Shown in pieces: positions 42,002 through 52,490 of a DNA stretch of 64,000 nt (its first letter is position 1; each line of letters begins with the position of its first letter). The notes beneath the pieces were generated by a model. The model searched no databases. It was not told the DNA's origin and saw nothing but the letters and a program-made list of their open reading frames with translations. This stretch comes from Litorivivens sp. (lineage in GTDB: Bacteria; Pseudomonadota; Gammaproteobacteria; Pseudomonadales; Spongiibacteraceae), in NCBI RefSeq assembly GCF_041625495.1, contig NZ_JBFJTH010000001.1:12933-76932 (forward strand), read 5' to 3'. A program made the translations under genes and the position numbers.

Positions 42002-43102
42002 TTATTCTGTTTCTTTTCGCGACATCTGTTTTTTACGGCTCGCACGGTACTCGCCGGGTGTCATGCCGGTCCACTTCTTGAACGAGCGGTGAAAGGCGCT
42101 GGGCTCGTCAAATCCGAGTAAGGCCGAGACGGCATTTATTTTAAGCTCGGGCTGGTTCAGCCAGCGGATGGCATGTTCCTTACGCAGGTTGTCTTTGAAC
42201 TCCTGGTAGGTTGTGTCGTATTCCTTGAGTCGACGGCGCAGCGTGCGCACAGACATATTGAGCTGTTCGGCCATGGCGACCACGCTGGGGAAATCACGGC
42301 TGAGATCGTTGCCGACGATGCGTTTCATCTGAGCGATTAGCGACGTGTCTTCATCATCGGTCGACACCATCAGGTAGTAGGGCGCATCGCGTAAGAATTC
42401 GCGCAGGGAATCTTCCGTATGGACCAGTGGGCAGTCCAGATAGTGCTCCGGGAGCACAAAGGCATTTTCCAGCTGCTCGTAGTAGATGTCGCAGCCCAGA
42501 ATCTGTTCGAAATAACTGGCGTCTGAAGGTTCCGGGCCCTTGAGGCGCACTTCGTGTAATTGGATATGACGGCCTATCAGCCAGCTACAAAGGCGCCGCC
42601 AGATAGCCATGCAATGCACAACCGTATCGTTGTCCAGGCTCGGCGCATCTTCAAGCAGGTAGGTCGTATTGAAGGTGTAGGTTGCCCGACCATTCCCGGT
42701 GCGCTTGATCGGCCGTGTGCTGACCGGCGACAGCCCGGTGATATTGCGGCAGAAGGCCATAAATTCCGCCGCGCGATGTAAGGCGTTTTCGAGTGTTGTG
42801 CAGTGAATAATGCACATGCACATCATGCGAAACGTGCCGGTTGGTGTTGGACGCTGCAAATTCAGCCCAAACGATTCGTCCTGCAGCAACCACATCACGC
42901 GGCTATAGATCAGCGTGTAATAACGGGCGTCGATGGGGCTCTCTGGGTCGGCATTGGGGTCAAGCGGGTTTTGCGGTAAGTTCAGCGAGCGCAGCAGCGT
43001 TGACGGATCGTAGCCCTGCGCTTCGGCTACGCGCAGCATTGTGCGAGCGTACTTAAGCGGAACGTAATCGTTGCGGTGGGCGGTTTTGGGTCGCATCGTC
43101 AT
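42002..43102 (-). CDS. AraC-family transcriptional regulator (OruR/ArgR-like)
   Basis: A..LNMSVRTLRRRL, LGFDEPSAFHRSFKKWTG.TPGEYR. Confidence 0.93.
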   Translation of the reverse strand: MTMRPKTAHRNDYVPLKYARTMLRVAEAQGYDPSTLLRSLNLPQNPLDPNADPESPIDARYYTLIYSRVMWLLQDESFGLNLQRPTPTGTFRMMCMCIIHCTTLENALHRAAEFMAFCRNITGLSPVSTRPIKRTGNGRATYTFNTTYLLEDAPSLDNDTVVHCMAIWRRLCSWLIGRHIQLHEVRLKGPEPSDASYFEQILGCDIYYEQLENAFVLPEHYLDCPLVHTEDSLREFLRDAPYYLMVSTDDEDTSLIAQMKRIVGNDLSRDFPSVVAMAEQLNMSVRTLRRRLKEYDTTYQEFKDNLRKEHAIRWLNQPELKINAVSALLGFDEPSAFHRSFKKWTGMTPGEYRASRKKQMSRKETE

Positions 43103-43189
43103 ATAGTCGGGTGAACTGCCGCAAAATCATAGCATTATCAACTTGGTAGCGGCCAGCACTGCAGCGAGAGAAACTGAATAAGGTGCCGC

Positions 43190-44170
43190 CTAGTGATCGT
43201 CGTCACCCAGTGGGAAATGACACGCGGCGATGCGTGACCCAGTATCGGGGCTGTCCAGTACTGGCCGCTCACGGTAGCAGCGGTCGGCCGCACGTGGGCA
43301 GCGCGGCGCAAAGGCGCAGCCAGCTTCGCTACCTGTGGTGGAGGCTTCGCCGTGAATGTTGGTACTTTCATGCCAGGGTTTGCCCAGCTGCGGTACGGCA
43401 TCCAGTAAAGCGCGCGTGTAGGGGTGTGCCGGTCTTTCACAAACCTCGGTGGCGTCCCCAAGCTCTACGATAGCGCCCTTGTACATCACCGCAATTCGAT
43501 CGGAGATATGGCGCACGACTGACAGGTCGTGGGATATAAACAGCATCGCCAAGTGCATTCGCTGCTGGATCTCAATCAGCAAATTGAGAATCTGGGCCTG
43601 TACCGATACATCCAGCGCCGATACCGCCTCGTCACAGATCAGCACGTCGGGCTCCAGTGAGATGGCGCGGGCAATCCCAATACGTTGTCGCTGGCCACCG
43701 GAAAATTCGTGGGGATATTTGCTCAGGGCCTCGTCGTTCAGGCCAACCAGGTCAATCAACTCGCGTATTCTGGCTTGCCGTTCGGCAGGGGTGCCTCGGC
43801 GATGGACAATTAGCGGTTCTTCCAGTATGTGGCCGACCGTATGGCGAGGATTGAGAGATTCAAAAGGGTCCTGAAACACCATTTGCAGTTTTGCCCGCAA
43901 GGGGCGCCAGTGCTTGTTGTCCAGCTGTGTAATAGCCCGCCCCTGGAAGCGAAGTTCTCCGCCAGTAGGGCGGTGCAGGTTTAACAAGGCTTTGCCTAGG
44001 CTGCTTTTGCCACAGCCTGATTCTCCGACCAAACCCAGGGTTTCGCCGGGATAAATGCAAAAGCTGACGCCATCCACCGCGCGGATGGTGTTTTTGTGTT
44101 GCTTGAAGACACCGTAGCGTTGGATAAAGTGCAACTTTAGGTCGCGGGCTTCCAGTAGCGGGTTTTGCAT
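43190..44170 (-). CDS. Oligopeptide/dipeptide ABC transporter ATP-binding subunit (OppF-like)
   Basis: [29 protein letters not shown]-terminal Cys cluster; start MQNPLL. Confidence 0.93.
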   Translation of the reverse strand: MQNPLLEARDLKLHFIQRYGVFKQHKNTIRAVDGVSFCIYPGETLGLVGESGCGKSSLGKALLNLHRPTGGELRFQGRAITQLDNKHWRPLRAKLQMVFQDPFESLNPRHTVGHILEEPLIVHRRGTPAERQARIRELIDLVGLNDEALSKYPHEFSGGQRQRIGIARAISLEPDVLICDEAVSALDVSVQAQILNLLIEIQQRMHLAMLFISHDLSVVRHISDRIAVMYKGAIVELGDATEVCERPAHPYTRALLDAVPQLGKPWHESTNIHGEASTTGSEAGCAFAPRCPRAADRCYRERPVLDSPDTGSRIAACHFPLGDDDH

Positions 44171-44172
44171 GC

Positions 44173-45156
44173 TCAATCCTCTGCCAACTCGCGCCAACGC
44201 AGACAGCGTACCTGCTGTCCGGTGTCGGTGGTTTCCAGCGATACAGCCTCCTGGCTGCAACGCTCGGTCGCAAAGCTGCAGCGATTGCGAAACCGGCACA
44301 ATGCCGAGTAGGTCGCGGGCTTTGCGACTGCCCCGGGAATGCTGGGTAGCCGTTCTTTGCGTACTGCGCCCACGCTGGGGGTGGAGGCTAACAATGCGCG
44401 GGTATAGGGATGCAGGGCTTTGCTGAACAGGCGTGAAGTGCTGGCACACTCAACAATATGGCCGGCGTACATCACGGCAATGCGATCACTGATCTGGGAA
44501 ACCAGCGCCAGATCGTGAGTGATAAACAGTAGCGCTGTGTCTCGCTCTTGCTGTAATTGTTTTATCAGGCGGAGAATTTGTGCCTGTACCGTTACGTCCA
44601 GCGCCGTGGTCGGTTCGTCTGCTATAAGCAGGCGGGGGCGACAGGCCAGCGCCATAGCAATCATCACACGCTGTCGCATTCCGCCGGAGAGTTCGTGGGG
44701 GTAGCTGTCAAAGCGTTCGTTTGGGTGCGGAATGCCAACGGCGCGAAGCAGATCGACTACCTGAGATGGGCCCTGTTTGCCACGTACCTGTTTGTGTATT
44801 TCCAAGACTTCCAGAATCTGCTCGCCAACGCGTTTCACGGGATTGAGAGCGGTCATTGGGTCTTGAAAAATCATGCTGATTTCATTGCCGCGCAATTGGG
44901 CCAGGGCACGCGAATTCAGCTGTGCTATATCGGTTCCGTCAAAATCGACACAACCATTATCAAGGTAGCTGTCTGGGCGAGGCAGCAGGCCCATGATGGA
45001 CAGCGCCGTCATACTTTTTCCGCTGCCTGATTCCCCAACAAGGCCTAGCGTTTCACCGGCACTGATTTGCAGGCTCACGTCATCGACAACGGCCAGATTG
45101 CCCTGTTCCGATCGAATGCGAGTTGTCAGTCCCTTTACGTTCAGTAGTGGAGTCAT
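44173..45156 (-). CDS. Oligopeptide/dipeptide ABC transporter ATP-binding subunit (OppD-like)
   Basis: GESGSGKS, LSGGMRQR, DEPTTALD, HPYT. Confidence 0.93.
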   Translation of the reverse strand: MTPLLNVKGLTTRIRSEQGNLAVVDDVSLQISAGETLGLVGESGSGKSMTALSIMGLLPRPDSYLDNGCVDFDGTDIAQLNSRALAQLRGNEISMIFQDPMTALNPVKRVGEQILEVLEIHKQVRGKQGPSQVVDLLRAVGIPHPNERFDSYPHELSGGMRQRVMIAMALACRPRLLIADEPTTALDVTVQAQILRLIKQLQQERDTALLFITHDLALVSQISDRIAVMYAGHIVECASTSRLFSKALHPYTRALLASTPSVGAVRKERLPSIPGAVAKPATYSALCRFRNRCSFATERCSQEAVSLETTDTGQQVRCLRWRELAED

Positions 45157-47000
45157 CGGCGCCAGGTCTCGTCGATTATCAGGGAGGGTTGCCAGTCGGT
45201 ATTGTCGCTACGGGCCGCTTCGAGTTCTGCCTGTCGGTCGGTATCAATCCAGAACAGGCCGCCGTTGCTGCCCATGGTATCGAATACGCTGTTACTGGTA
45301 CGGGTGGCAATAAATGGCGGCAATTGCAGCCAGCGCCAGTAGGCCTCCCGCGTATAGGGGACCTTGAAGGTGGGGATGAATGAGCCCTGCTCGTGAATCA
45401 TTTCCTGCAGTTCGTGTGCCAGCGCTACACGCGCATCCTTTTGCTGTGCTTTGCGGTAGGCCTCAATTTTTTCGTCGAGCTCGGGGTTGTCGGTATTGGT
45501 CACATTATTGGTTTGCGGTTTATGTGCATTCACTGAGTGATAAAACTCCCAGAATGCCGGGGATAAGCCACCTCCCGACCAGCCCATCCAGGCAATCTGA
45601 TGTTTCTTCTCGAGTATCTGTTTGAAAGCTGTTGACGCATCCAGTAGTTGCAGCTGGAAATCAATACCGGCCTTTAATGCTTCACGCTGAATGATTACCA
45701 AGCGGTCGTTGTGGCCACTGTTGTAGTAGGTGATACGCAAACTTAATGGCTGTCCATTTTTGATGCGTATGCCGCGATTATCGCGCTCTTGCCAGCCTGC
45801 TTCATCCAGCAAGGCGTTGGCTTTTGCCAGATCAAAAGGGCGGGCCTGAACCGCGGGGTTGGTGTAGTCCCCATAGCCTTCATATTGAGAGTTCAGTCGT
45901 TCATAGTCGCCGCGCAGAACCGTGTCGATCACCCTCTGTACATTGGTAGCGTGCGCGATCGCGTAGCGCACGTTGCGATCGGCGAGAACCGGGTCGTCTT
46001 CGTTCAGATACATGCCGGAAGAGGGCTGGGGTACGTCGTTGTAGAATTTGATTTTACCGACCCACCCTTTGTCGTAGATATCACCCTGGGCCTTTTTGTG
46101 CCAGAAACGTGGCATCACTAGAGGGAAGGTGTCCAGATCACCCTTCGCGAAATACTGGTATGCCATATTGATATCGCGGATTACCTTAACTCGCACATGA
46201 TCCGGGTTGTAACGGTATTTTAAATAACGTTTATCGTCGCCCCACCAGTCTGGCTTGCGATCAAATTCGATATATTTACCCTTGCGCATATGGGCGATCT
46301 GGTAGGGGCCGGTATTGGGCTCAATCTTCCAGTTGTAGTTGCGCACCCAATTTTCGTCGAGTTGGTGGAAGTGCGCAGGGGTGGGGCGCAGACCATACTC
46401 GTACAGGAGTTCATCTTTGGGTTTTGGGACGGCACCGGTCACTGCGATGGTGTAGTCGTCGTATTTTTGGATATCCACGATCACGTTGCTGTAGTGATTG
46501 GTATACCACGGCGCGACGATATGCTCAGAGCGCATAAACTCAATCGTGTAGAGGTAGTCATCAGCGGTCACAGGCTCCCCGTCCGACCAGCGCGCATCGG
46601 GGTCAAGCTTGTAGTAAACGGTTTTGCCGTCTTTGTCGAAGGCCCAGTGCGTTGCCAGCATGGGGATGGGATTCAACGTGTTGGGATGAATATCCACCAG
46701 TGGCAAAGCGTTGGCGCGCAAATAACCAGCAAAACTGCCGTTGGCATCAGGGCCGACAAGGCGCAAGGTTAGTGGAAAGGTGGTGATAAAAGTGCGAAAC
46801 CTACCGCCGCGTTTTGCATTGGGCGACGCAAATATCGGGTCCTCCAGATTAGTCTCCCACACGATATCTGCCGGCAGGGATGGCGGCGCTGCGTAACAAG
46901 AACTCACCCATAGCCAGCTGAGAAGGCAGCCAAGCGCGGCCTTTACGGCGATGATGCGCGCGTTTGCGCTCTTAGTCCGGCCGCTAGCGGTGTTAATCAT
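45153..47000 (-). CDS. ABC transporter family 5 solute-binding protein (YejA/NppA-like)
   Basis: SP.AKRGG, ARWSDGEPVTADD, NTGPY; signal peptide; ATG at 47000 overlaps the upstream stop. Confidence 0.88.
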   Translation of the reverse strand: MINTASGRTKSANARIIAVKAALGCLLSWLWVSSCYAAPPSLPADIVWETNLEDPIFASPNAKRGGRFRTFITTFPLTLRLVGPDANGSFAGYLRANALPLVDIHPNTLNPIPMLATHWAFDKDGKTVYYKLDPDARWSDGEPVTADDYLYTIEFMRSEHIVAPWYTNHYSNVIVDIQKYDDYTIAVTGAVPKPKDELLYEYGLRPTPAHFHQLDENWVRNYNWKIEPNTGPYQIAHMRKGKYIEFDRKPDWWGDDKRYLKYRYNPDHVRVKVIRDINMAYQYFAKGDLDTFPLVMPRFWHKKAQGDIYDKGWVGKIKFYNDVPQPSSGMYLNEDDPVLADRNVRYAIAHATNVQRVIDTVLRGDYERLNSQYEGYGDYTNPAVQARPFDLAKANALLDEAGWQERDNRGIRIKNGQPLSLRITYYNSGHNDRLVIIQREALKAGIDFQLQLLDASTAFKQILEKKHQIAWMGWSGGGLSPAFWEFYHSVNAHKPQTNNVTNTDNPELDEKIEAYRKAQQKDARVALAHELQEMIHEQGSFIPTFKVPYTREAYWRWLQLPPFIATRTSNSVFDTMGSNGGLFWIDTDRQAELEAARSDNTDWQPSLIIDETWRR

Positions 47001-48036
47001 AGTAACTGAACTTCCGGGGATCGAAGGCTTCGCGGATAGCCTCGCCAATGTAAGTAACCAGCATTAGCACTAGCGTCATGGCGCCAACGACTGACAGTAC
47101 CATCCAGAGGGCGTCGAGGTTTTCTGTGCCCTGCTTTAATAACTCACCCCAGCTGGGGGTGGGTGGCGGTAGGCCAAAGCCGAGGTAATCCAGTGCTGTC
47201 AGCGAAGTAATGCCACCAGCAACCGAGAAAGGAACGAAGGTGATCAGTGTGGATACACTGTTTGGCAGAATATGTTTAAACACGATGCGTGTGTTAGACG
47301 CGCCAATAGCGCGAGCCGCCATCACATAATCGCGGGCCGCTTCTTTGTAGGTGGCGGTGCGCATGTACCAGGTGATGGAGGTCCAGCCAAAAAACACCAT
47401 GATGGCCACCAGTGTCCAAAAGCCGGGTTGTACAATGGAAGCGACAATCATGATCACATAGAGAAAGGGTATATTGGACCATATTTCGATCAGGCGCTGG
47501 AATACGAGATCAAAGGCGCCGCCCCAGAACCCCATCATGCAACCGATACTGACGCCTACCAGATAGTTGAAAAACAAAAGAAGTAGGGAAAACAGCAGGG
47601 CGATTCGAAAACCATAAATGATTCGTGCCAGCACATCCCGGCCACTGGTATCTGTGCCCAGATAATGTGCGGTGGCCAGAGAAGGCGCGTGCGGTGGGAA
47701 ATCACCCACGCTCAGGTCTGTTTCGAGAGGTCCATAGGGAATTGGCGGCATGATGACGGTTCCCTTGCCACTGCTTTCCAATTTGAGCTTCAGGTCTTTG
47801 TAGTTGGTTTCGTAGCGATACCCCAGATCAAAGGTTTCGCCTGGCAATATGCCGCCATAGGTCGGGAAATACCACTGGCCCTCATAAATCACCAATAATG
47901 CTCGCTGATTGGCGATGAGTTCCGCGCCAAGGCTCAGTACAAACAGTGCCGCCAGAATGATGGCTGACCAGTAGCCGCGTCGAATTTCCTTAAAGCGTTG
48001 CAGCCGTTTTCTGGCTACCGGATTGAGCTTCAGCAT
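46993..48036 (-). CDS. ABC transporter permease (YejE-like)
   Basis: RFK..RRGYWS, LGTD.SGRDVLARIIYGFR, EAA-type loop, LDYLGFGLPPPTPSWGELL.QG. Confidence 0.92.
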   Translation of the reverse strand: MLKLNPVARKRLQRFKEIRRGYWSAIILAALFVLSLGAELIANQRALLVIYEGQWYFPTYGGILPGETFDLGYRYETNYKDLKLKLESSGKGTVIMPPIPYGPLETDLSVGDFPPHAPSLATAHYLGTDTSGRDVLARIIYGFRIALLFSLLLLFFNYLVGVSIGCMMGFWGGAFDLVFQRLIEIWSNIPFLYVIMIVASIVQPGFWTLVAIMVFFGWTSITWYMRTATYKEAARDYVMAARAIGASNTRIVFKHILPNSVSTLITFVPFSVAGGITSLTALDYLGFGLPPPTPSWGELLKQGTENLDALWMVLSVVGAMTLVLMLVTYIGEAIREAFDPRKFSYYD

Positions 48037-49064
48037 CAGCGCGCTTCTCCGAAGCGAATCCGGGGGTCCACCAAGGCCACGATAAAGTCCGAAAGAATAT
48101 TGCCAATCAAAAACAGCAGTGAGGTAATCACCAAAATACCCATCACCACAGGATAGTCGCGTTCCAGAATTGCTTCATAACCGAGCAGACCTATGCCGTC
48201 GATATTGAATATGGTTTCAATCAGGAAAGAGCCGCTCATAAAAAATGCAATGTTGCCGCCGAAAGAGGTCGCGATTGGTATCAGGCTGTTGCGAAAGGCA
48301 TGACGCCACACAGCCTGGCTGCGGGTAAGCCCCTTGGCAGAGGCGGTACGCATGTAGTCGGCAGCCTGGTTGTCCATTAACGCGTTTTTCATCATAAAGG
48401 TGGTGATGGCAAAGCTACCTGCCATGTACGCGATCAGGGGCAGGGTGCCGTGATAGAAAATATCTTTGAATTTTTCCCAGGTGCCCAGGTCTTCATAATT
48501 GTCGCTGACGAATCCGCCTAGCGGGAAGAAATCCCAGTGGGCAGAAAACAGGCTGACGAGGGCGATGCCCACCACGTAGCTTGGCAGCGCATACCCGAGA
48601 AAAACGACAGCGGAAGTCAGGTTGTCAAAGCTGGTTTGATGCCGCAGTGCTTTGGCTACCCCTAGCGGAATACAGACAATGTAGGTCAGCAGCAGGGTCG
48701 TGAGCCCATAGAAAATGGACACGGGAAAACGCTCTTTAATGATTGACCACACTGGATCCTGGTAGCGGCTGGATTCACCCAAATCAAACCGCAGCACTTT
48801 TGCTAACCAGATACCGTAGCTTTCCAGCATTGGCTTGTCGAAACCGTAGTAGGCTTCCAATTGTTTGATTTGTTCAGCGGAGAGCGTGTTGCCGGAACGG
48901 GTGTCGCGTGCACCGGCGCTTTGCTCGCCGCTTACCAGCGAGGCGGTCATCAGGCGTTCAATTGGACCACCAGGTACCACACGGGTTACCGCAAACACCA
49001 GTAGTGTGATGCCGATAAAGGTGGGAATGATTAGCAGAAAGCGCCGGATAAAATAGGCGGTCAT
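48036..49064 (-). CDS. ABC transporter permease (YejB-like)
   Basis: MTAYFIRRFLLIIPT, PGGP.E, YGFDKP, HAFRNSLIP, RDYPVV, DPRI. Confidence 0.92.
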   Translation of the reverse strand: MTAYFIRRFLLIIPTFIGITLLVFAVTRVVPGGPIERLMTASLVSGEQSAGARDTRSGNTLSAEQIKQLEAYYGFDKPMLESYGIWLAKVLRFDLGESSRYQDPVWSIIKERFPVSIFYGLTTLLLTYIVCIPLGVAKALRHQTSFDNLTSAVVFLGYALPSYVVGIALVSLFSAHWDFFPLGGFVSDNYEDLGTWEKFKDIFYHGTLPLIAYMAGSFAITTFMMKNALMDNQAADYMRTASAKGLTRSQAVWRHAFRNSLIPIATSFGGNIAFFMSGSFLIETIFNIDGIGLLGYEAILERDYPVVMGILVITSLLFLIGNILSDFIVALVDPRIRFGEAR

Positions 49065-49153
49065 AAACTCCACTCAGCGAAAAGCTCTGCGCATGTTAGC
49101 GAGGCGGTGCGACTATACAAGCCAAAAACCACACACTTACGGTTTTGTCTGCG

Positions 49154-50779
49154 TTATCGTCCAGAAACTTGCGTTACATCGACGTACAGGTTGAGGACCT
49201 GGCCAGGCATCAGGTATTTGCCTTTGCTGATTTCATTCCATTCCAAAATATCGTTAACGCTCAGGCTGAATTTATCTGCAATCCGAGCGAGTGAATCGCC
49301 GGGGCGCACGGTATAACCGATCCAGCGGATTATGCTGCGCGAGGCGGCGCTGCGCACAGCAACTTGCTGGCCAGCAGGCTTCCACACCACCAGTTTTTTA
49401 CCAGCGCGTAAGGGGTCTTTAGGAACCATGTTGTTCCAGCGCGCCAGATCATTGACGCTAACACCGTAGCGGCGGGATATGGTCCACAGGGAATCGCCCT
49501 GTTCAACGGTGTGCTGATGGGCGACGCGATCATCGGATTCGCCGCGCTTTTGTGCCGAGGCCAACCGCTGATCTGCGCTGAGCGAGTAATGTGCTGCTGC
49601 CATGCTTGCTGAGGGCAGCATCAATACCTGTCCTGCACGAATCATTGAATTATTGAGTTGGTTGGCGGCCTTGATGGTAGCAACGTCGGTATTGAAGCGG
49701 CGCGCTATCTTGATCAGGCTGTCACCCGAAACGACGCGATAACGACTCCAGTTTAAGCGCTTTTCCGGCGGAATCTGTGACAACCGTTCGGTAAATTGTT
49801 GCTGTTTATCAAGAGGAATCGCCAGGTGATGGGGGCCATTGGGGTCGGTTGCCCAGCGATTGAAGCCGGGATTCAAGCGGTAGAGCTGTTCGATAGATAC
49901 TCCGGCCAGTTCCGCTGCCTGCGCAAGATCGATCTGGCCACCGGTGTCGACAACTGTAAACGCCGCTGTGTTGGGCATGGGTTCAAGGTCTATGCCTTCG
50001 TACTTGGCTCTTTTGATCAGTTGGCTCAAGCCAATCAGTTTCGGGATATAGGCTTCTGTTTCCCTGGGCAGATCGAGCGACCAGTAATCAGTTGGGCGCC
50101 CGGCGCGTTCATTTTTCGCCATTGCACGCAGTACGGTAGTTGCTCCCGAATTATAGGCAGCCATGGCCAATAACCAGTCACCGTCAAAGCGTTGATGCAA
50201 TTCCAGCAGATAATCCAATGCCGCTTCCGTTGAAGCGACGACGTCGCGGCGGGCGTCATACCACCAGGTTCTGGGAAGCCCCATGTGGGTTGCGGTTATC
50301 GGTACAAATTGCCACAGGCCTGCTGCGCGGCCGTGAGAATAGGCGAAGGGATCGTAGGAGCTTTCGATGGCCGGTAACAGGGCAAACTCCATCGGCATAT
50401 TGCGCTTGCGGATGGCTTCAACAATGTAATAGAGGTAGGGGCTGGAACGCTCGGCAATAGTGCTCAGATACGTGGGACGGTCGCGAAAGTACTCGAAATA
50501 CTTCTTTGCTTTTGGGTGGGCGGCGTGCTGGGTAAGCTGATAGCCGCTGGTAACGTGGTACCAGAGGTCATTTTTGTCCTCCGTAACGACCGTGTCGGCG
50601 GTTGGCAGGCCTGGTAATTTACAGTCACCCCGGCGCAGACTGCCACGCGTGCAGGCTTTGGCTTCGGTCCCTGTTGCCAGCGATTGCCGCTTGCTGGCCT
50701 GGGTGGAGCAGGCACTTAGGGTGATACTGGAAATAGCAATAAATAATAACGGTAAGGTCTTGTTATTCAATAGGTTCAT
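49154..50779 (-). CDS. mltD: Membrane-bound lytic murein transglycosylase D
   Basis: Lipobox LSAC, LP.IES, AAGLWQF, AAYNSG, three LysM repeats; next to gloB. Confidence 0.93.
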   Translation of the reverse strand: MNLLNNKTLPLLFIAISSITLSACSTQASKRQSLATGTEAKACTRGSLRRGDCKLPGLPTADTVVTEDKNDLWYHVTSGYQLTQHAAHPKAKKYFEYFRDRPTYLSTIAERSSPYLYYIVEAIRKRNMPMEFALLPAIESSYDPFAYSHGRAAGLWQFVPITATHMGLPRTWWYDARRDVVASTEAALDYLLELHQRFDGDWLLAMAAYNSGATTVLRAMAKNERAGRPTDYWSLDLPRETEAYIPKLIGLSQLIKRAKYEGIDLEPMPNTAAFTVVDTGGQIDLAQAAELAGVSIEQLYRLNPGFNRWATDPNGPHHLAIPLDKQQQFTERLSQIPPEKRLNWSRYRVVSGDSLIKIARRFNTDVATIKAANQLNNSMIRAGQVLMLPSASMAAAHYSLSADQRLASAQKRGESDDRVAHQHTVEQGDSLWTISRRYGVSVNDLARWNNMVPKDPLRAGKKLVVWKPAGQQVAVRSAASRSIIRWIGYTVRPGDSLARIADKFSLSVNDILEWNEISKGKYLMPGQVLNLYVDVTQVSGR

Positions 50780-50850
50780 CGTTTTATACCATCAGTGCGT
50801 ACTGCGAGCCTGAATGGCTTGCCCAGAAAAAGTTAGGGCCAAGCATTGGG

Positions 50851-51609
50851 TTAGAAATTATCTTTCCAGCGTCGCACCTCGGCAAACACCCCGATATCGT
50901 CGCTGAGCCGGATACTAGCATATTCCTCCGCCGAATCCCTGACCGAGGGCTGATCGGCTCTCAGAAAGGGATTGGTTGCCAGTTCATCCGCAAGTTGCGA
51001 GGGAACCGTGGGCAATCCCTGTTGGCGCAGCTGTTCGACCTTCTGAATTCGCGATTGCAGCGCTGTATTATCAGGCTCTACCGCCGCCGCAAAGGCCAGG
51101 TTGGCCTGTGTGTATTCGTGCGCGCAGTATACCCGGGTGGCGCCCGGCAGACTGCTGATCCTGGCGAGAGATGCATGCATCTGCTCTGGAGTGCCCTCGA
51201 ATAACCGGCCACAACCACCGGCAAACAGCGTGTCGCCGCAAAACAGCAGCGTGTTGCCATAATATGCAATGTGATCCAGCGTGTGGCCCGGTACTGCGAT
51301 CACGTCAAACTCGCTGCCGAGCAAGGTTATGCGGTCGCCGTCAGCAACTGGCTCGTTGATCTCCGGTGTCGCCGTCTGCGGGCCAACAACCCGTATATCG
51401 CGTTGCTTTGTCAGCGAGGCTACCCCGCCGACGTGGTCAAAGTGGTGGTGGGTAATCAGCACGCCTTGGAGTGTGAGATCGCGCTGCCGAAGATGCTCTT
51501 CAACCGGCGCGGCGTCGCCCGGATCGACCACCCAAGCCTCACCTTCAGGGTTGGACAGGCACCAGATATAGTTGTCGCTAAATGCTTTAATTGGATCGAC
51601 GCTAATCAT
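50851..51609 (-). CDS. gloB: Hydroxyacylglutathione hydrolase (glyoxalase II)
   Basis: DNYIW, THHHFDH, PGHT, GDTLF..GCGR, CAHEYT, NPFLR. Confidence 0.96.
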   Translation of the reverse strand: MISVDPIKAFSDNYIWCLSNPEGEAWVVDPGDAAPVEEHLRQRDLTLQGVLITHHHFDHVGGVASLTKQRDIRVVGPQTATPEINEPVADGDRITLLGSEFDVIAVPGHTLDHIAYYGNTLLFCGDTLFAGGCGRLFEGTPEQMHASLARISSLPGATRVYCAHEYTQANLAFAAAVEPDNTALQSRIQKVEQLRQQGLPTVPSQLADELATNPFLRADQPSVRDSAEEYASIRLSDDIGVFAEVRRWKDNF

Positions 51610-51710
51610 GCATACTCAGCCGTTGATTTTTGGGTTACGCTAATTGACTGTTCCCCGGAACGCAAGGTTCCGGCGGCGATTAGACGGCAAACCGGGCGGA
51701 GAGTTTCGTT

Positions 51711-52484
51711 GTGACCAATTGGCGTCCACAGGCACCCGACAGTGAGCTTCTGCCAGCGCTTAAACGCTGGTTCGACAGTCCTATGGGGCGGCAGCTGGTA
51801 AATGAGGAGCGCAGCCTGATTGAGGACGCGCTGGAGGGTGCTTTTGGCCACTCCCTGCTGGAGCTTAGTCTTGGGCCGCGCACCTTGGTATCGCGCCCGG
51901 AAGCGATCAGACGGCACTACAGTATTGGTCCGGCTGTGCAGTGTGAAATGGGTAAAAGCCTGGATGTCGTCAGCGATTTTTCTGAGTTGCCGGTGGCTAA
52001 CGAAAGTCAGGATGTGGTGGTCGTGCACCATTTGCTGGAATTTATTGCCAACCCGCACAATATGTTGCGCGAACTTGAGCGGGTTATCGTGCCTCACGGG
52101 CGCTTATTGATCGTGGGATTCAACCCTTTGTCATTGCTGGGGCTGCGGTTGTATTTTGCCGGGCGGGTAGCGCCACGCAGCGTGTGGCGTCATCATATGC
52201 TTACAACGTGGCGTCTGATGGATTGGCTTAACTTGCTGGGCTTTAACGTCAAGCAGCGTTCCTATGGATTTCATCGGCTGCCGTTTAATTCGCCATGGTG
52301 TTTGAGCCACCGGGTTTTTGCTCCTGATTTGATGCGTCGCGTCCCTGTGGGTGGAACTTTCCTTATTTCGGCGACAAAATACCGCGCTCCGATAACTCCG
52401 GTACGGTTGCGGTGGCGGCGAGAGAGCTTGGTCAATGTGAGACCACTCGGTGCTGCGCGCGATGGTGTACTGCAAAAACAGTGA
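51711..52484 (+). CDS. YafS-like class I SAM methyltransferase domain protein
   Basis: W..SP.G, HLLEF..NPH..LRE..RV..P.G, GFNPLSL.G; conserved position between gloB and rnhA. Confidence 0.85.
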   Translation: MTNWRPQAPDSELLPALKRWFDSPMGRQLVNEERSLIEDALEGAFGHSLLELSLGPRTLVSRPEAIRRHYSIGPAVQCEMGKSLDVVSDFSELPVANESQDVVVVHHLLEFIANPHNMLRELERVIVPHGRLLIVGFNPLSLLGLRLYFAGRVAPRSVWRHHMLTTWRLMDWLNLLGFNVKQRSYGFHRLPFNSPWCLSHRVFAPDLMRRVPVGGTFLISATKYRAPITPVRLRWRRESLVNVRPLGAARDGVLQKQ

Positions 52485-52490
52485 GAATCA

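Noticed and set aside
43190-47048. N-terminal extensions in the ORF track (44449, 47048; likewise 7528, 9768, 32583, 35833, 41005, 54021, 61789)
   Set aside because: They overlap neighbouring genes or lack an RBS; downstream starts match the family N-termini
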